From Gnetum montanum (taxonomy: Eukaryota > Plantae > Gnetophyta), in contig MNCI01000459.1 of NCBI GenBank assembly GCA_015680685.1, positions 62,001 through 126,000 of the forward strand: a stretch of DNA of 64,000 nucleotides, given 5' to 3'. Of the stretch, positions 62,828 to 64,000 are shown piece by piece (positions within the stretch are counted from its first letter, which is position 1; every line of letters starts with the position of its first letter). A model generated the notes under the pieces. That model was not told the origin of the DNA, searched no databases, and saw only the letters and a list, made by a program, of their open reading frames with translations. The translations under genes and the position numbers were made by a program.

Positions 62828-64000
62828 TGTAACGATGGAAAACATCAGTTGCTGGAAACACCAAGTGGATTTCCGTGAACACAGTTCCAAGCCCAGATCC
62901 ATGCAAGGGCCATGCTAGGGAAAACAAATTTGAGGTTCCCTAAATGGTCTTTTTGACTAGATAGGGACTTACTTAATCAATAAATTTTGTTAATGATCAT
63001 ATCATGAGATGATAATTTCAATGTGAGAATATAATATCGATTGACGAGAAAATGAGATTTGCTCCATGATCGGATCTTGAAGGGAATGAAAAAAATGTAA
63101 ACAATGCAAAACAATTGTAAAATCAATGTAAATAAGATGCAATAAATTAAATTTGGAAAATATACAATCCTGAGATCTGGGATTTAATTTATAGACAAAT
63201 ATGATGGATAGAATGGAATTTGCAAGTGAACTTTGGTTTAGACGAAGTACACACCACCAACAAGAAGCTATTTAGAGATGAAGTAGGCAAAAGGCTAATC
63301 TACCTTATTCACTAGCCAATCTAGGTGCAAGGGAGTCAGGTTCAAAGTAAAGTGTTTGCTAACTTGAAATCTCTGACCAAAATCTTCTCTCTGTCACCGT
63401 CGATGCTCTTTTGATTGCCAAGTCTTTTTTTTTTGTCGTCTCGCCAATCTTTTCCAAAATTGTCAATAATTGCCAATAATCACCAACCCTTTGAGTGTTG
63501 TCAACCAGGGTATTTATAAGGTTAGGGTTAGGAGAAGAACGCGATTTAGATGACATGTGTCCTCGGCCCACAAAATACTATTGACCTGATGTGCTGTAGC
63601 TAAATCTTGCAATGCTACGCTATATTATTCTTTGAAGCGTAGTATAGCATAACCACCCCTTTAAGAATATAATTTATTTAACCTTATCTCTTTCATTGAA
63701 TAAACTGTCTAGCAACTATGTTGTGATACGCTAGGAAGTGTATCATGGTGTAATGATTGTTGCTCTTGAATCTTGTTATCTTTGTTGCTACGGCTAAGTC
63801 AACTGTGCTACTTGCGTTACGCTGCGCTACGCTACGTTACATTGCATAGTGTAATGTGGCGTAGCACACAAAAAGATAAAGTTCTGAACATGGCTAACTT
63901 GCGAAGTTGAAGTGTTGTTGCTATGCATCCCTTGTTTTGTTCTATCTCTGGAAGTCTGCTACGCTGAGTTGCATAGCGTAGTGTTGTACACCCTTAGCCA
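62828..64000 (-). repeat. 5' LTR of Tat unit B (incomplete at window edge)
   Basis: Colinear with 47469-48221 plus 49499-49918. Confidence 0.9.

Larger units (their letters stand above)
47469..64000 (-). mobile_element. Tat-clade Ty3/gypsy unit B: LTR-PBS-gag-PR-[antisense gene]-RT remnant-RH-aRH-INT-PPT-LTR; 5' LTR runs off the window
   Basis: All components listed separately; paired LTRs at 47469-50020 and 62828-64000. Confidence 0.88.

Overview
AT-rich, CpG-depleted land-plant nuclear DNA made almost entirely of nested transposable elements; the species cannot be determined and no intact host gene is visible. Left end: a young hAT DNA transposon (2605-5896, 8-bp TSD CCGTGACC, two-exon 5'-truncated transposase) next to, and probably inside, a decayed PPR pseudogene, followed by LINE fragments. 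Middle: Athila-like Ty3/gypsy elements (one complete pol-less element at 21984-30511 with TSD TCTAA and tRNA-Asp PBS, one older relic, one solo LTR) and Ty1/copia RT-RNaseH debris. Right: several Tat-clade Ty3/gypsy copies with an extra RNase H and a tRNA-Asn-type PBS, including a tandem array sharing an LTR and LTR-into-LTR nests. Main observation: in the Tat family, gag-protease and RT-RH-aRH-INT are separated by about 5 kb holding an antisense, multi-intron gene (about 54962-59323). By eye its product has an FCP1/NIF-like HAD phosphatase domain, a plant-mobile-domain-like region, a coiled coil and an acidic tail. A much older copy (8430-12050) keeps the C-terminal half of this gene in the same position and orientation. 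All domain calls come from manual motif recognition and need HMM confirmation.
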